Part shown: piece by piece, positions 31,383-40,251 of the stretch | Layout: the number at the start of each line of letters is the position of its first letter | Numbering within the stretch: the first letter of the stretch is position 1 | DNA from: Phycisphaerae bacterium | Lineage (GTDB): Bacteria; Planctomycetota; Phycisphaerae; UBA1845 | Assembly: GCA_963666835.2 (NCBI GenBank) | Contig: CAXXGO010000007.1 | Coordinates: forward strand, 1 to 64,000 | DNA: 64,000 nt | Direction of reading: 5' to 3' | The notes under the pieces: model-generated | Told to the model about the DNA's origin: nothing | The model's input: only the letters and a program-made list of their open reading frames with translations | Databases searched by the model: none | Position numbers and translations under genes: made by a program

Positions 31383-33581
31383 TCACTGCACTTCGACCGT
31401 TACGATGTTGCGGTGCTCGAGGTCGCGCCGGAGCGTCGGCCGACCCCCTCGAAACACGACCACGCTGTGCGAATAGAACGTCACGTGCCGTGGATTCGGG
31501 ATCGCCTCTGCACTGTTCGCAAAAAGCACCGTCACCCCGCCGCCGGGAACTCCCGGATGGGCAGCGGTAGCCAAGACCGCGTCCTCAGGATCGGTGTACA
31601 ATCGGTCGGCCAACTCAAAACCGTCATCATACCAACGCACCGGGAACTCTATCGCCCCGAGAAAGGCCGCAACGTAAGGGTCCCGGACCGCCTCGCCGAG
31701 GATCAAAACGCACGTTTCCGCAAGCACTCCGTCGGCCAGATAATCCACGCCCACCACCTGCCGTTCTTCTTCCTCGAAATCGGATTCGAAGATCGACTGC
31801 AGCTTCAGGTACGGCTCCGGCAGCTCGCCCCTCGGACGTACCGTCGTGAACGAATGGCCGTATCGCGTGGCCGCCGTGGTGGGCACGACCTCGCCCGGCG
31901 GGATCTTGCGGAAGACGTGATAGTCGGGATCAACCTCGACGGTCAACGGAACGAAATCGACCGGGATCGACAGCTCCGGCTCGAACCCGCTGAGTGACAC
32001 GACCACGTCGGCCTCTCCCTCGGCATGGGTCATTCGTATCGGCAGGTCCAGTTCGAAAGCCCTCTCGCCGTGCGCAAGAGACAACACCAAGACCCCCTCC
32101 GCTGAGCGGAAGACCGCCCGGTCGATCGAAACCGAAGGAGCTCCGGAGCCGCGCACCCATTGTTCGAAGAATGTGTCTAGCTGCTCCCCGCTTTCTTCCT
32201 CGAAGACCCGGCTAAGATCATCCCAGGAGGCGTACTTCCCCAGATACTCCGCGTTGAACCGGCGAACCGCCGCCCAGAACACATCCTGCCCGATCCGCCG
32301 CGCCAGCATGTGGAAAACCTCGGCGCCCTTGGAGTAGCCGATACCCCGGCCGCACCCATCCGGAAGCCCGAAGGTGCCCAACGGCTTGTCGTCCTCCGGC
32401 TTCATTCGACCTAGGAAATGCGCGTCGTTGCGTCGTTTTCGCCGAGCCCCGGCCTCATCGCCGTCTAGAACGTAGCCATAGTAGTTGGTAGCGTAGCTTG
32501 TTAACGCCTCGCACCAATTGCCGTCCTGCGGATCGACGAAGACCCCGTTACCCCACCAACAATGCAGCATCTCGTGGTCGAGGAACCCGTGCATGGTCTG
32601 CGATCGTCGGCCCATTTCGATTACGGCCGAGCTAAGCAGCGTGAACGTCGGGAAGGCAAACCCGCTGCTGAAGAAGTTGTCCACGACGGCATATTCGCGT
32701 GCCGGGTAAGGGCCAACCAGAGGCTGGTATCGGTCGAGATACCGCTTGACCGCGGAGCTCAAACCCTCGGCGTGCTGTTTCTGGGATGCCTTCAGGTGAA
32801 TATCAATCGTAATCCCGTCGTGTTCATAACGGTGAACCTCATGCGGACCGCCGACCAGGACCATGTCCGGGACCGGGTATGCGCTCCGCCAGGCCAGGCG
32901 ACCCGTACGTTTGCTCAAAGCAGCGTCGCGCTCCGCACCCGCCTTCAGCTCGAACCCGGGTACCGGATCGACAATAACCTCGAAATCCGCCGGCGGCACC
33001 GGGGCATCCTCCGGGACCGCCGGTTGGGGGTACCAATGGCCTTCTGCCAGGTATACGCCCTCCTCGCCGATGTGGGCCTGCATGTCGAAGTTGTGAATCT
33101 GCCCGGCCACCTCACCCGCGCCGACATCCTGGAAAAGCTCGCCTGCGTATTCCACGAATAACGTGAACGACTCCGCGGGTTTATCCAAAACGATCACATG
33201 CTCGCGCGCTTGGGACTTATCGGTTTTGGAGGTCTGCGCGACGAAGCGTCGTTGGATTGTCGCTCCCGAAGCCGTTACCGCGCGAACCTTCAGACTCGGG
33301 TGCAACAGGACTTCGACCCCCACCGGATCGGTTGCGGCCAAGTCCGGTCCGATCCGCACCAGATCCATCGTTGTCCGCCCCGTCAGGCGGTGAGCGGCCG
33401 GGTCCAGGGCGACGTCAATCCGATATCGCTCGGCCTGAACCGGCATTCGCGGAACCGTCATACATCCCGCCAAGCTCAGGATGGCCGCTGTCGCCACCCC
33501 GCGCGACACCCACCGACCCGGGCGAACGACAGACCACCCTACGCCTCGGGCGAACCGGTTCGAGCGACATGTTTCTTTCAT
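31383..33581 (-). CDS. M1-family aminopeptidase lipoprotein
   Basis: HEMLHCWWGN...WCEALTSY (HExxH-x18-E), YSKGAEVFHML; LAGC lipobox; GGAG before ATG 33581. Confidence 0.9.
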   Translation of the reverse strand: MKETCRSNRFARGVGWSVVRPGRWVSRGVATAAILSLAGCMTVPRMPVQAERYRIDVALDPAAHRLTGRTTMDLVRIGPDLAATDPVGVEVLLHPSLKVRAVTASGATIQRRFVAQTSKTDKSQAREHVIVLDKPAESFTLFVEYAGELFQDVGAGEVAGQIHNFDMQAHIGEEGVYLAEGHWYPQPAVPEDAPVPPADFEVIVDPVPGFELKAGAERDAALSKRTGRLAWRSAYPVPDMVLVGGPHEVHRYEHDGITIDIHLKASQKQHAEGLSSAVKRYLDRYQPLVGPYPAREYAVVDNFFSSGFAFPTFTLLSSAVIEMGRRSQTMHGFLDHEMLHCWWGNGVFVDPQDGNWCEALTSYATNYYGYVLDGDEAGARRKRRNDAHFLGRMKPEDDKPLGTFGLPDGCGRGIGYSKGAEVFHMLARRIGQDVFWAAVRRFNAEYLGKYASWDDLSRVFEEESGEQLDTFFEQWVRGSGAPSVSIDRAVFRSAEGVLVLSLAHGERAFELDLPIRMTHAEGEADVVVSLSGFEPELSIPVDFVPLTVEVDPDYHVFRKIPPGEVVPTTAATRYGHSFTTVRPRGELPEPYLKLQSIFESDFEEEERQVVGVDYLADGVLAETCVLILGEAVRDPYVAAFLGAIEFPVRWYDDGFELADRLYTDPEDAVLATAAHPGVPGGGVTVLFANSAEAIPNPRHVTFYSHSVVVFRGGRPTLRRDLEHRNIVTVEVQ

Positions 33582-33875
33582 GTCCAAGTCTCCACAGGTC
33601 ATTTGGTACACTCACAGGGCCAAAACGCAAGAGGACCGCCCGATGGCGTCGGCCCTACCCCGGCCCGTCTTCTGCCCAGCCGATCCACCGTTAATGGACG
33701 GCGCTTGGGGTTGTAGCTAAGGGGGGCATCGCTATACTATTGACCGTCCCGTAAAGTCGTTCGACCTTCGCTTCGCGCGCTATCGGCGGCGGCTGACGGG
33801 GTCTCGGCCGGCAGGTTAGCCCTGCCGCCTAGACATTGAGGGCAACTTGGCAAGAGGCAACGGCGGCGAGTTTGT

Positions 33876-34130
33876 ATGGCGAATGTTGACGCAATCGAAG
33901 TGGAAGGCATGGTCGTAGCGGCTCTGCCGAACGCGATGTTCCGCGTTGAAGTTGATACTGGTGGCGAAAAAAGCTACGTGCTGGCCACAATCTCCGGAAA
34001 GATGAGGAAATACTACATCCGAATCCTCCCGGGCGACCCCGTACTGGTAGAAATCTCCCCATACGACCTTACCCGCGGCCGGATCATCTACCGCGGTACC
34101 AAGTCACAACGCCCTCCGCGACGCCGGTAG
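33876..34130 (+). CDS. infA: Translation initiation factor IF-1
   Basis: [37 protein letters not shown]. Confidence 0.97.
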   Translation: MANVDAIEVEGMVVAALPNAMFRVEVDTGGEKSYVLATISGKMRKYYIRILPGDPVLVEISPYDLTRGRIIYRGTKSQRPPRRR

Positions 34131-34220
34131 CCCTCGCATCCGGTGCCAGAATTGCCTCTCGGATCACCACCCGCGGCGTTTTCTGAAGTTGGGAGCTGCC
34201 GTATTCCCGGAAAGGCGAAC

Positions 34221-35123
34221 ATGGCCACGATGATCCCTCGCCTTCGAATACCCCGCGGACATCCCGCCCCAACTGCGTGCCCGCTCATCATGGGTATCTT
34301 GAATATCACCCCGGACTCCTTCAGTGACGGTGGAGACTTCTCGTCGGTGGCCCTGGCCGTCGAACGGGCCCAGGAAATGGTCCGGGAGGGGGTGGACATC
34401 ATCGATGTCGGCCCGGAGTCGACTCGTCCCGGCTCGCGGGAAGTCTCCGCGCAGGAACAGATCAGCCGAGCCGTCCCGGTCATCGATGCCATCCGCAGGG
34501 TGGATCGGCAGACCCCGATTTCGATAGACACACGGCTGGCCCAGGTCGCTCAGGCCGCCCTCGACGCGGGAGCGGACATGATCAACGACGTCTCCGCCCT
34601 CCAAGATGACCCCGAGATGGCAACGGTGGCGGCGCAGGCGGGAGTGCCGATCTGCCTGATGCACCGGCGCGGTCGATCGGTTGACATGCAGCGTGGCGGC
34701 GGGCCCGAATACGTCAACGTTCTGGACGAAATCAGCACTTTCCTTCGCGAGCAGGTCGATTACGCAACGGCCCGCGGCATAGATGCTGCGAGGATCATCA
34801 TCGATCCTGGAATCGGCTTCGGAAAACGGGTGGAGCACAACCTCCTGATCGTCAAGCACCTTGGCCGGTTTCTGAAACTCGGCCGGCCCTTGCTACTGGG
34901 AGTCTCTCGGAAGGCGTTCATCGGTACGGTGCTCGGAATCGAAGATCCGAAACAACGTGCCAGTGGATCCCTGGCTTGCGCCGCGCTGGCGACGATGGCG
35001 GGAGTGTCAATCCTGCGCGTACACGACGTGCGTTCGACGGTCGAGGTCGCTCGTTTATGCACCGCGGTCCGCCAGGCGAGAGTAGGACGTAACTTCTACG
35101 CGATACAACCTTCCACGGAGTAG
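34221..35123 (+). CDS. folP: Dihydropteroate synthase
   Basis: MGILNITPDSFSDGG, ESTRPG, DPGIGFGK, SRK and RVHDV motifs. Confidence 0.96.
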   Translation: MATMIPRLRIPRGHPAPTACPLIMGILNITPDSFSDGGDFSSVALAVERAQEMVREGVDIIDVGPESTRPGSREVSAQEQISRAVPVIDAIRRVDRQTPISIDTRLAQVAQAALDAGADMINDVSALQDDPEMATVAAQAGVPICLMHRRGRSVDMQRGGGPEYVNVLDEISTFLREQVDYATARGIDAARIIIDPGIGFGKRVEHNLLIVKHLGRFLKLGRPLLLGVSRKAFIGTVLGIEDPKQRASGSLACAALATMAGVSILRVHDVRSTVEVARLCTAVRQARVGRNFYAIQPSTE

Positions 35124-35183
35124 AAGCCCTGCAGAAGTAAGGGGTCCCTGTCTCAGACGGCGCGAAGAGACGGACAAAACAGG

Positions 35184-35415
35184 CACGGACCTGCTTCACC
35201 CAAACGGCCCGGGTAATCGTCCGGGCCAGCCGGGCGAGAATATGCGTATGGTCCTCCCCTCCGCCAATCCTGGTCGGCGGACAGTTGAGGCGCCTGCTGA
35301 TGGCCCCCAAGTAGGCGTGCAACGAATTGCGCCCCGCGTTGTTTCGAAGCAACGGGTGCCGCGCCTTCGTAGAGAAGGTCAAATACACCTCGACTGCAGA
35401 CAGCGATTGCGGCAT
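35184..35415 (-). pseudogene. Truncated IS200/RAYT-type HUH (Y1) transposase
   Basis: MPQSLSAVEVYLTFSTKARHPLL...LHAYLGAI...GGGEDHTHIL (HUH = HTH); similarity stops after about 77 aa, before the catalytic Tyr helix; REP class B lies directly upstream. Confidence 0.8.
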
Positions 35416-35432
35416 AGGATGCCATCCCTATG

Positions 35433-35527
35433 ACGCAACCCGTTGGGGTTGATCTTTGATGCAACCGTGATCCAAGGGTGGCCGCTTCGCGGCAATTCCG
35501 GGCTGCAGGACGTAACGCCGTTGGCGT
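35433..35527. repeat. REP-like class B (CAACCCCG..GGGGTTG / CCCAGGGTAGCC..GGCAACCCTGGG / ACGCC..GGCGT)
   Basis: Homologous to 40025-40236 and 63194-63400. Confidence 0.8.
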
Positions 35528-35535
35528 ATGTTGAT

Positions 35536-35639
35536 AACCCGGGCACAACGCCGTCTGATCTTCAGACTTCGAGTTTGCTGGGGATGAATCGCCGACCCAA
35601 ACGCGATCATGATCCCAGCCGGCCACGCGGCCGACTCGC
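35536..35639 (-). pseudogene. Decayed copy of the 5' end of the zinc-ribbon membrane gene (30326-30429)
   Basis: Gapless alignment at offset 5210, 81/100 identical by manual count; both ATGs lost. Confidence 0.75.
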
Positions 35640-36073
35640 AACCATTCGACATCGCCGCAGCACGGTCGTTCACGAGACCGCCCGCGAGCTATGTTCTCGG
35701 AATCGCGACACTGATGGTAATCCCGCACAAGTACCAGAAAAGGGTAAAAATCGTCGAACGCCTCTTGACGTGGTTTCCTACTGTGGACACTTTAGTGACC
35801 GCATCTGCCGGATGACTTCATAGTCATCGTCCTCGTTTCGGCGGGCAGCAACCGGCCCGCCACCAAGACCGAGGGACTTTTCGGATGAGTGGAATCGACA
35901 GGCGTAGTCCGACCGGGGTCCTACGTATTCCGGCTTTCCACAGGCCGGCCTCATATACGCGTGCTGAGTTCCCGACATTCTCAACACCACGAAGAACGAA
36001 AGGAGGTTGTGCGATAAGCAGGGCGTTGGTCTGTACGGAGGGTCACCTCATGTATCTATGGAGCTAGAGGAAG

Positions 36074-36847
36074 ATGACAATTCGAATTGACTGTACGCTG
36101 ATGCGTCTGATCTCGCTTGCGATGTTCCTGGCGGCAACCACGACCCCGGTGGTTATCGCGGATCCGGGATCAACCGAACAGATTGTCGAGACTTCTCCGG
36201 TTCGGGACATTGTCCCTGCAGAACAGCTTGTTTCGCGTCCGGAGATCCAATACGACGAAGAGGTAGACGAATACTTCTTCGATCTACACCTGGCGGACTA
36301 CAACTTGCGGGCAACGCTCGTCCCGAACGATCCGGGCCTGGTACGCATAACCCACCCGACTGAGGGCGGAGAGTTCTGGATTCGGGTCACGAGCGTCGGC
36401 GATCCGGAGGCCGGAACAGCGATCCAGTTCCTGACCGTGCTGGATCAGGATCGTATTGCCCGGGGCACGGTTGTCATTTCGCACGACCTTGTTGAAGACC
36501 AAAACGGCGACCTCGTCGGGGCAGAGCTTCTGGTTGAAAGCCCCGCGGCCGGAACCGCCGCTGCGGTCTGGTACGACGCGGAAGATCTGACATTCCGACC
36601 TTTCGCCATCCAACCGTCGTCGACTGTGTTAATCCAGCCCGAGCTGCCCGGCGGCAACGATGTGGAAGCCTCTATCTGGGGGTGGGTGCAAGCGGGTATT
36701 GCGGCTATTCTCACTCCGATCGGGGTCGCGAGTACCGCGGCCGTTGTTAGCGTGGGAGTCGCGGTAGCGGGCGCACGCAGCGGCCTGTTTGGTCCGTATA
36801 ACTGCGATGGCGCCTGGAATCAACATTGGAACGGCTGCGTGCAATAG
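36074..36847 (+). CDS. Secreted precursor 1: signal peptide, acidic pro-region, hydrophobic Gly/Ala-rich C-terminal peptide with 2 Cys
   Basis: GAGG RBS; signal peptide ending VIA/DP; VEA followed by SIWGWVQAGIAA...CDGAWNQHWNGCVQ. Confidence 0.75.
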   Translation: MTIRIDCTLMRLISLAMFLAATTTPVVIADPGSTEQIVETSPVRDIVPAEQLVSRPEIQYDEEVDEYFFDLHLADYNLRATLVPNDPGLVRITHPTEGGEFWIRVTSVGDPEAGTAIQFLTVLDQDRIARGTVVISHDLVEDQNGDLVGAELLVESPAAGTAAAVWYDAEDLTFRPFAIQPSSTVLIQPELPGGNDVEASIWGWVQAGIAAILTPIGVASTAAVVSVGVAVAGARSGLFGPYNCDGAWNQHWNGCVQ

Positions 36848-36902
36848 CGGCTTTGCGGAAAAGTCGATCTGCAATCGGGTTTGAATAGACTGGGGAGGTG
36901 CA

Positions 36903-37838
36903 ATGGAAGTTGTCGTCGTTCCAACCCGCCGGGGTACATGCTGGAGTCTCGGCGTTTGTTTCGTGTTGGCATGCGCGGTAACCGGGTTGGGCTTATCCGT
37001 GCTGGTGGGGAACCTGCTTTGGGTGGACAATCCGCTGGGCGCTTACGCTTTTGGCCTTCTTGTTGCGGTGGCGGCCGTGGTAGCCGGCAGCTTGTTTCGC
37101 TCATTCGTGAAACACTGCCGGGCAGCTCGAAAGTGCCGCGCGGGGGTCGATGAGAATCAGAGTCCTTTGTGGAGACTTATCGCGCAGTGTAACCGCCGCT
37201 CTGACAATGCGATTCTGCGTGAACTCAACCGGATGAGGCCCAAGCTATTCGGGCCGGCGAGTCCTCCTCCGCTGCTGGTTTGTCTGGGTGTTCTGCCGTC
37301 CGAGCCGGAGCCGTCCGAGTATCAGACGGAGCCGAGCTGTTACGAGGTTCACCACTCATTCAGGCCGTTTGGGTGGATGTTGATCGGCGCACTGATCCTC
37401 ATTGGCGCGATCGATTGGCTGGCAGTGCCTTCACCGGCTACGTTCTACGCGAGGCAGGCGTTGGTGGCACTCTGCGGCGTTCTAGCCATCGGCGGTGTGG
37501 TCTACCTGGCTTGCTTCTCATGGCGAACCGTTTTGCGTGTTTCTCCGGGCGTGGTAGAGGTGTTTCGATACCCGATATTCGGCTCCAAACCCCGGGTGCA
37601 TCGGTACCCGTGTGTGCCGGGCACAACGTTGATTCTCCGTTGCGTGGACCCGCCGGACGGCGAGCCGAAGGACGCGTTCTTGTCGCACCACCACAGTGGG
37701 ACCCTCACGCTATCGCGTGGTAAGCACGTTGAGACCATTCCCTTGACCGGGATCAAACCGGAGAGTCTCTGCCGAGCCGTTACGGCAGAACGGGTAACGC
37801 CCTTGGAGATACTCTCAACGGATAGCCTGATCGGCTAG
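36903..37838 (+). CDS. Membrane protein with 4 TM segments (candidate immunity/accessory protein)
   Basis: GGAGG RBS; two pairs of hydrophobic helices; 55 nt downstream of precursor 1; hairpin at 37856-37884 follows. Confidence 0.75.
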   Translation: MEVVVVPTRRGTCWSLGVCFVLACAVTGLGLSVLVGNLLWVDNPLGAYAFGLLVAVAAVVAGSLFRSFVKHCRAARKCRAGVDENQSPLWRLIAQCNRRSDNAILRELNRMRPKLFGPASPPPLLVCLGVLPSEPEPSEYQTEPSCYEVHHSFRPFGWMLIGALILIGAIDWLAVPSPATFYARQALVALCGVLAIGGVVYLACFSWRTVLRVSPGVVEVFRYPIFGSKPRVHRYPCVPGTTLILRCVDPPDGEPKDAFLSHHHSGTLTLSRGKHVETIPLTGIKPESLCRAVTAERVTPLEILSTDSLIG

Positions 37839-38020
37839 ACTGAGCCGGCCGCTCTGCGGGGGCGTCGCCCAACGACGCCCCCGCCGGGTGCCCATACTCC
37901 GACACACCAAGGTATCCTGCACCGGGAAGCCAGATAGCCTGATAATCACGTCGCGATTCCGCAACACTGTACCCCCTCCCTGCGAGATTACCCCGTGGGG
38001 GAAATGTTCTACGAATTCCC

Positions 38021-38049
38021 TTGACTTGCGGTCAGGGAAGATGTAAGAT
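38021..38049 (+). promoter_or_regulatory. Sigma70-type promoter
   Basis: TTGACT-N17-TAAGAT upstream of precursor 2. Confidence 0.6.
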
Positions 38050-38195
38050 TCGTCGATAGCATATGCTGGGCAACTGCAAGGTTGTCGTTCTTGTCGCGGT
38101 GGGGCTTGGCCGGCCCGCCCGGGATGTTAGGGCACTCCTCACGCGAGAGGGGTGTTGTGGAGCTTTCTGAGTGCTTGCATATCTGGAGAAAAGCG

Positions 38196-38927
38196 ATGAA
38201 GAAGCTGCTAACGGGGTTAATGGTATTGGTGCTCTGTGCGGGGCTGTTCGGCGTATCGTCACTTCTGTACGCCGCCGACCCTGAACCGGTTGAGTCGGTG
38301 GTGACACAGGTGGAGTATGAGGATTGCGTGATTCTGCTGGGTTGCGATGACCTGAGGCGGACGGAGCCGGAGATCTACTACCACCTGCTTTCGGTAGCCG
38401 AGCAGGCCGAAGCTTGGGAAGAAAGCGAGGCCTTTGCGTTCGATGAAGACGGGTTCCTGTCGGTCGAGCTGACTGACGATAGCTTGGTTTGTGTGCTGAC
38501 TGAGAACAACGTGGACGACACGGATGAAGAGGCGCAGAGTGTCACGGTGGTACCGGCTGAGCGGAATGAGGATGGGGACTTCGTGACTGGTTTAGCGCTT
38601 AGGTTGACTCCCCCAACCGAAGCATCACCGTTCGAGTATCGTGTCATCCAGCAACCTTCGGAACCGGGGAGCGTGGATAAGTCAAGCTTGGTCGAAGATG
38701 CGGCCGTTGCGGTCGACGGCATCGATAGCGACGATTCGGACCCTGTCGATGACGGAGAGCCCGCCGTACAAGCACAAGACCCACCGACGTCAACCCACTG
38801 TTCAAGCGCTGGCAGCGATACGATCTGCTGTGGCTTCTCCCGCGCATCCGGCGAGGTCCGCGTAATCTGTATCTGCCGGGGAAAAGCGGGAACCTGGCAG
38901 AGGTGCCTTGATACCGGTTGGATCTAG
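38196..38927 (+). CDS. Secreted precursor 2: signal peptide, acidic pro-region, 50-aa six-Cys C-terminal peptide
   Basis: GGAG RBS; MKKLLTGLM...LYA/ADPEPVES; VQA followed by QDPPTSTHC...CC...CIC...CLDTGWI. Confidence 0.82.
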   Translation: MKKLLTGLMVLVLCAGLFGVSSLLYAADPEPVESVVTQVEYEDCVILLGCDDLRRTEPEIYYHLLSVAEQAEAWEESEAFAFDEDGFLSVELTDDSLVCVLTENNVDDTDEEAQSVTVVPAERNEDGDFVTGLALRLTPPTEASPFEYRVIQQPSEPGSVDKSSLVEDAAVAVDGIDSDDSDPVDDGEPAVQAQDPPTSTHCSSAGSDTICCGFSRASGEVRVICICRGKAGTWQRCLDTGWI

Positions 38928-39145
38928 ATTGGCTGAGAGTAGTATCATCTGCTGATGAGTGGACGGTGACCAGCCGTGTAACCGGTTAGATGGCGACCAG
39001 CACACTGGGTTCCCAACGGGGCCGGTGTGCTTGGTCGTTCCTGCGTTGGCGGCACTTGCGCAGCCCGCCCTTACGATTGGGGGATTCCTCATCCAAGAGG
39101 GGTGTCGTGGAGTCCTTTGAGTGCTTTCATATCTGGAGAAGTGTC

Positions 39146-39667
39146 ATGAAGAGGCTGCTAACGGGGTTAATGGTATTGGGGCTCTGTGCGGGGTTGTGCG
39201 GGGTATCGTCACTTCTGTACGCCGCCGACCCTGAACCGGTTGAGTCGATCGACGCGCAGGCAGAGCAAGAGGAGGAGGCCGCTTGGGACGCGTGGCGTAC
39301 GGACTTCGAAGCCCGCCTGGCCGCGGATGAGAAGTACCTCGCGGCCGAGGAGGAGGCTCTGAAGGGATACTTCGGCGACGTGGACGAGTACAGGGTCCTT
39401 GAGGAAGCTCGCGCCGAGAGGTATCGCGAGATCGCGTTGATTACATACGAAGAGCATTTCGGTGTGTGGACCGGCACCACGGACGAGTTCGACGCCCTAA
39501 TGGAAGTGAAGGCGGCGGACGAGAATCCGCTGAAGCAGTGTTCTGAAGCGGCCACCGATAGTTGCGGTGAACACCGAGTCTGCAGCGTCAAAGTGGCGCA
39601 GAACGTGTGTTCGTGGACCTGCCAGGACGCGAAAGGAAACTGCCCGAGCCTTGCAGGGGTCGAGTAG
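39146..39667 (+). CDS. Secreted precursor 3: near-identical signal peptide, different acidic pro-region, 50-aa six-Cys C-terminal peptide
   Basis: First 34 aa are 31/34 identical to precursor 2; VKA followed by ADENPLKQC...CPSLAGVE. Confidence 0.82.
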   Translation: MKRLLTGLMVLGLCAGLCGVSSLLYAADPEPVESIDAQAEQEEEAAWDAWRTDFEARLAADEKYLAAEEEALKGYFGDVDEYRVLEEARAERYREIALITYEEHFGVWTGTTDEFDALMEVKAADENPLKQCSEAATDSCGEHRVCSVKVAQNVCSWTCQDAKGNCPSLAGVE

Positions 39668-39730
39668 CCGACGCCGGAGCTTGGCAAACCGGTGAAACGA
39701 TTTCTTAAGCCGGAAGAAATGGCCCAAAGA

Positions 39731-39760
39731 GGGGGAGCCGAATGAGACCGGCTCCCCCTT
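39731..39760 (+). terminator. Terminator-like hairpin after precursor 3
   Basis: GGGGGAGCCG-N8-CGGCTCCCCC followed by TT. Confidence 0.6.
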
Positions 39761-39931
39761 GCGCGGGTGCCCCATACCATTCCGGCGTTTGCTGGTATGG
39801 AACAGCCGCGCCGGTTCCCCGCCGGAATGGGTGGGGGACGGATGGAGACCCGAGCGGTAGCCCTCTTCCGCAATCAGTCTTCGCGCGACGTGCGCCGTTG
39901 CGGCAGGTCTCGTACGTCAACCGTACCCTAC
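39761..39931 (+). repeat. Composite repeat (class E hairpin, linker, class A REP); uninterrupted version of the intron target
   Basis: Aligns end-to-end with the joined intron flanks 46587-46512 and 44584-44491 (minus strand). Confidence 0.85.
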
Positions 39932-40024
39932 AAGGTGTTCACGCGATGTGCGCCTTTGGGACCCGCGCCGAAGGCGTTGAACAGCCAAGCCCAGTCTTCG
40001 CGCGATATGCACCCTTTTGAACTT

Positions 40025-40236
40025 AGCCCGAAGGCGTTTCACGACAAAGCCCTGGGTAAACGAAGCGGCGTAGTCGCTTCAGTGCCACCCTCGGTAACAA
40101 AGCCCCCTCACACGCCAACCCCGAAGCGGGTTGAACAACGGCAAAACCCCGTTTGGGCGGATCTTTGATGTGACCGTGATCCCAGGGTAGCCGCTCCGCG
40201 GCAACCCTGGGCTGAAGAACTGACCGCCTTCGGCGG
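40025..40236. repeat. REP-like class B composite
   Basis: Homologous to 63194-63400 over about 200 nt. Confidence 0.85.
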
Positions 40237-40251
40237 ATGTTGACGGCCCCG

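Noticed and set aside
38084..39247. Duplicated module as a DGR template/variable repeat pair
   Set aside because: Mismatches are not adenine-specific, the repeat covers signal peptides rather than C-termini, and no DGR RT is present.
39761..40236. Integron attC sites around the small secreted genes
   Set aside because: No RYYYAAC/GTTRRRY-bounded sites between the genes and no integrase; the repeats match REP classes found throughout the window.
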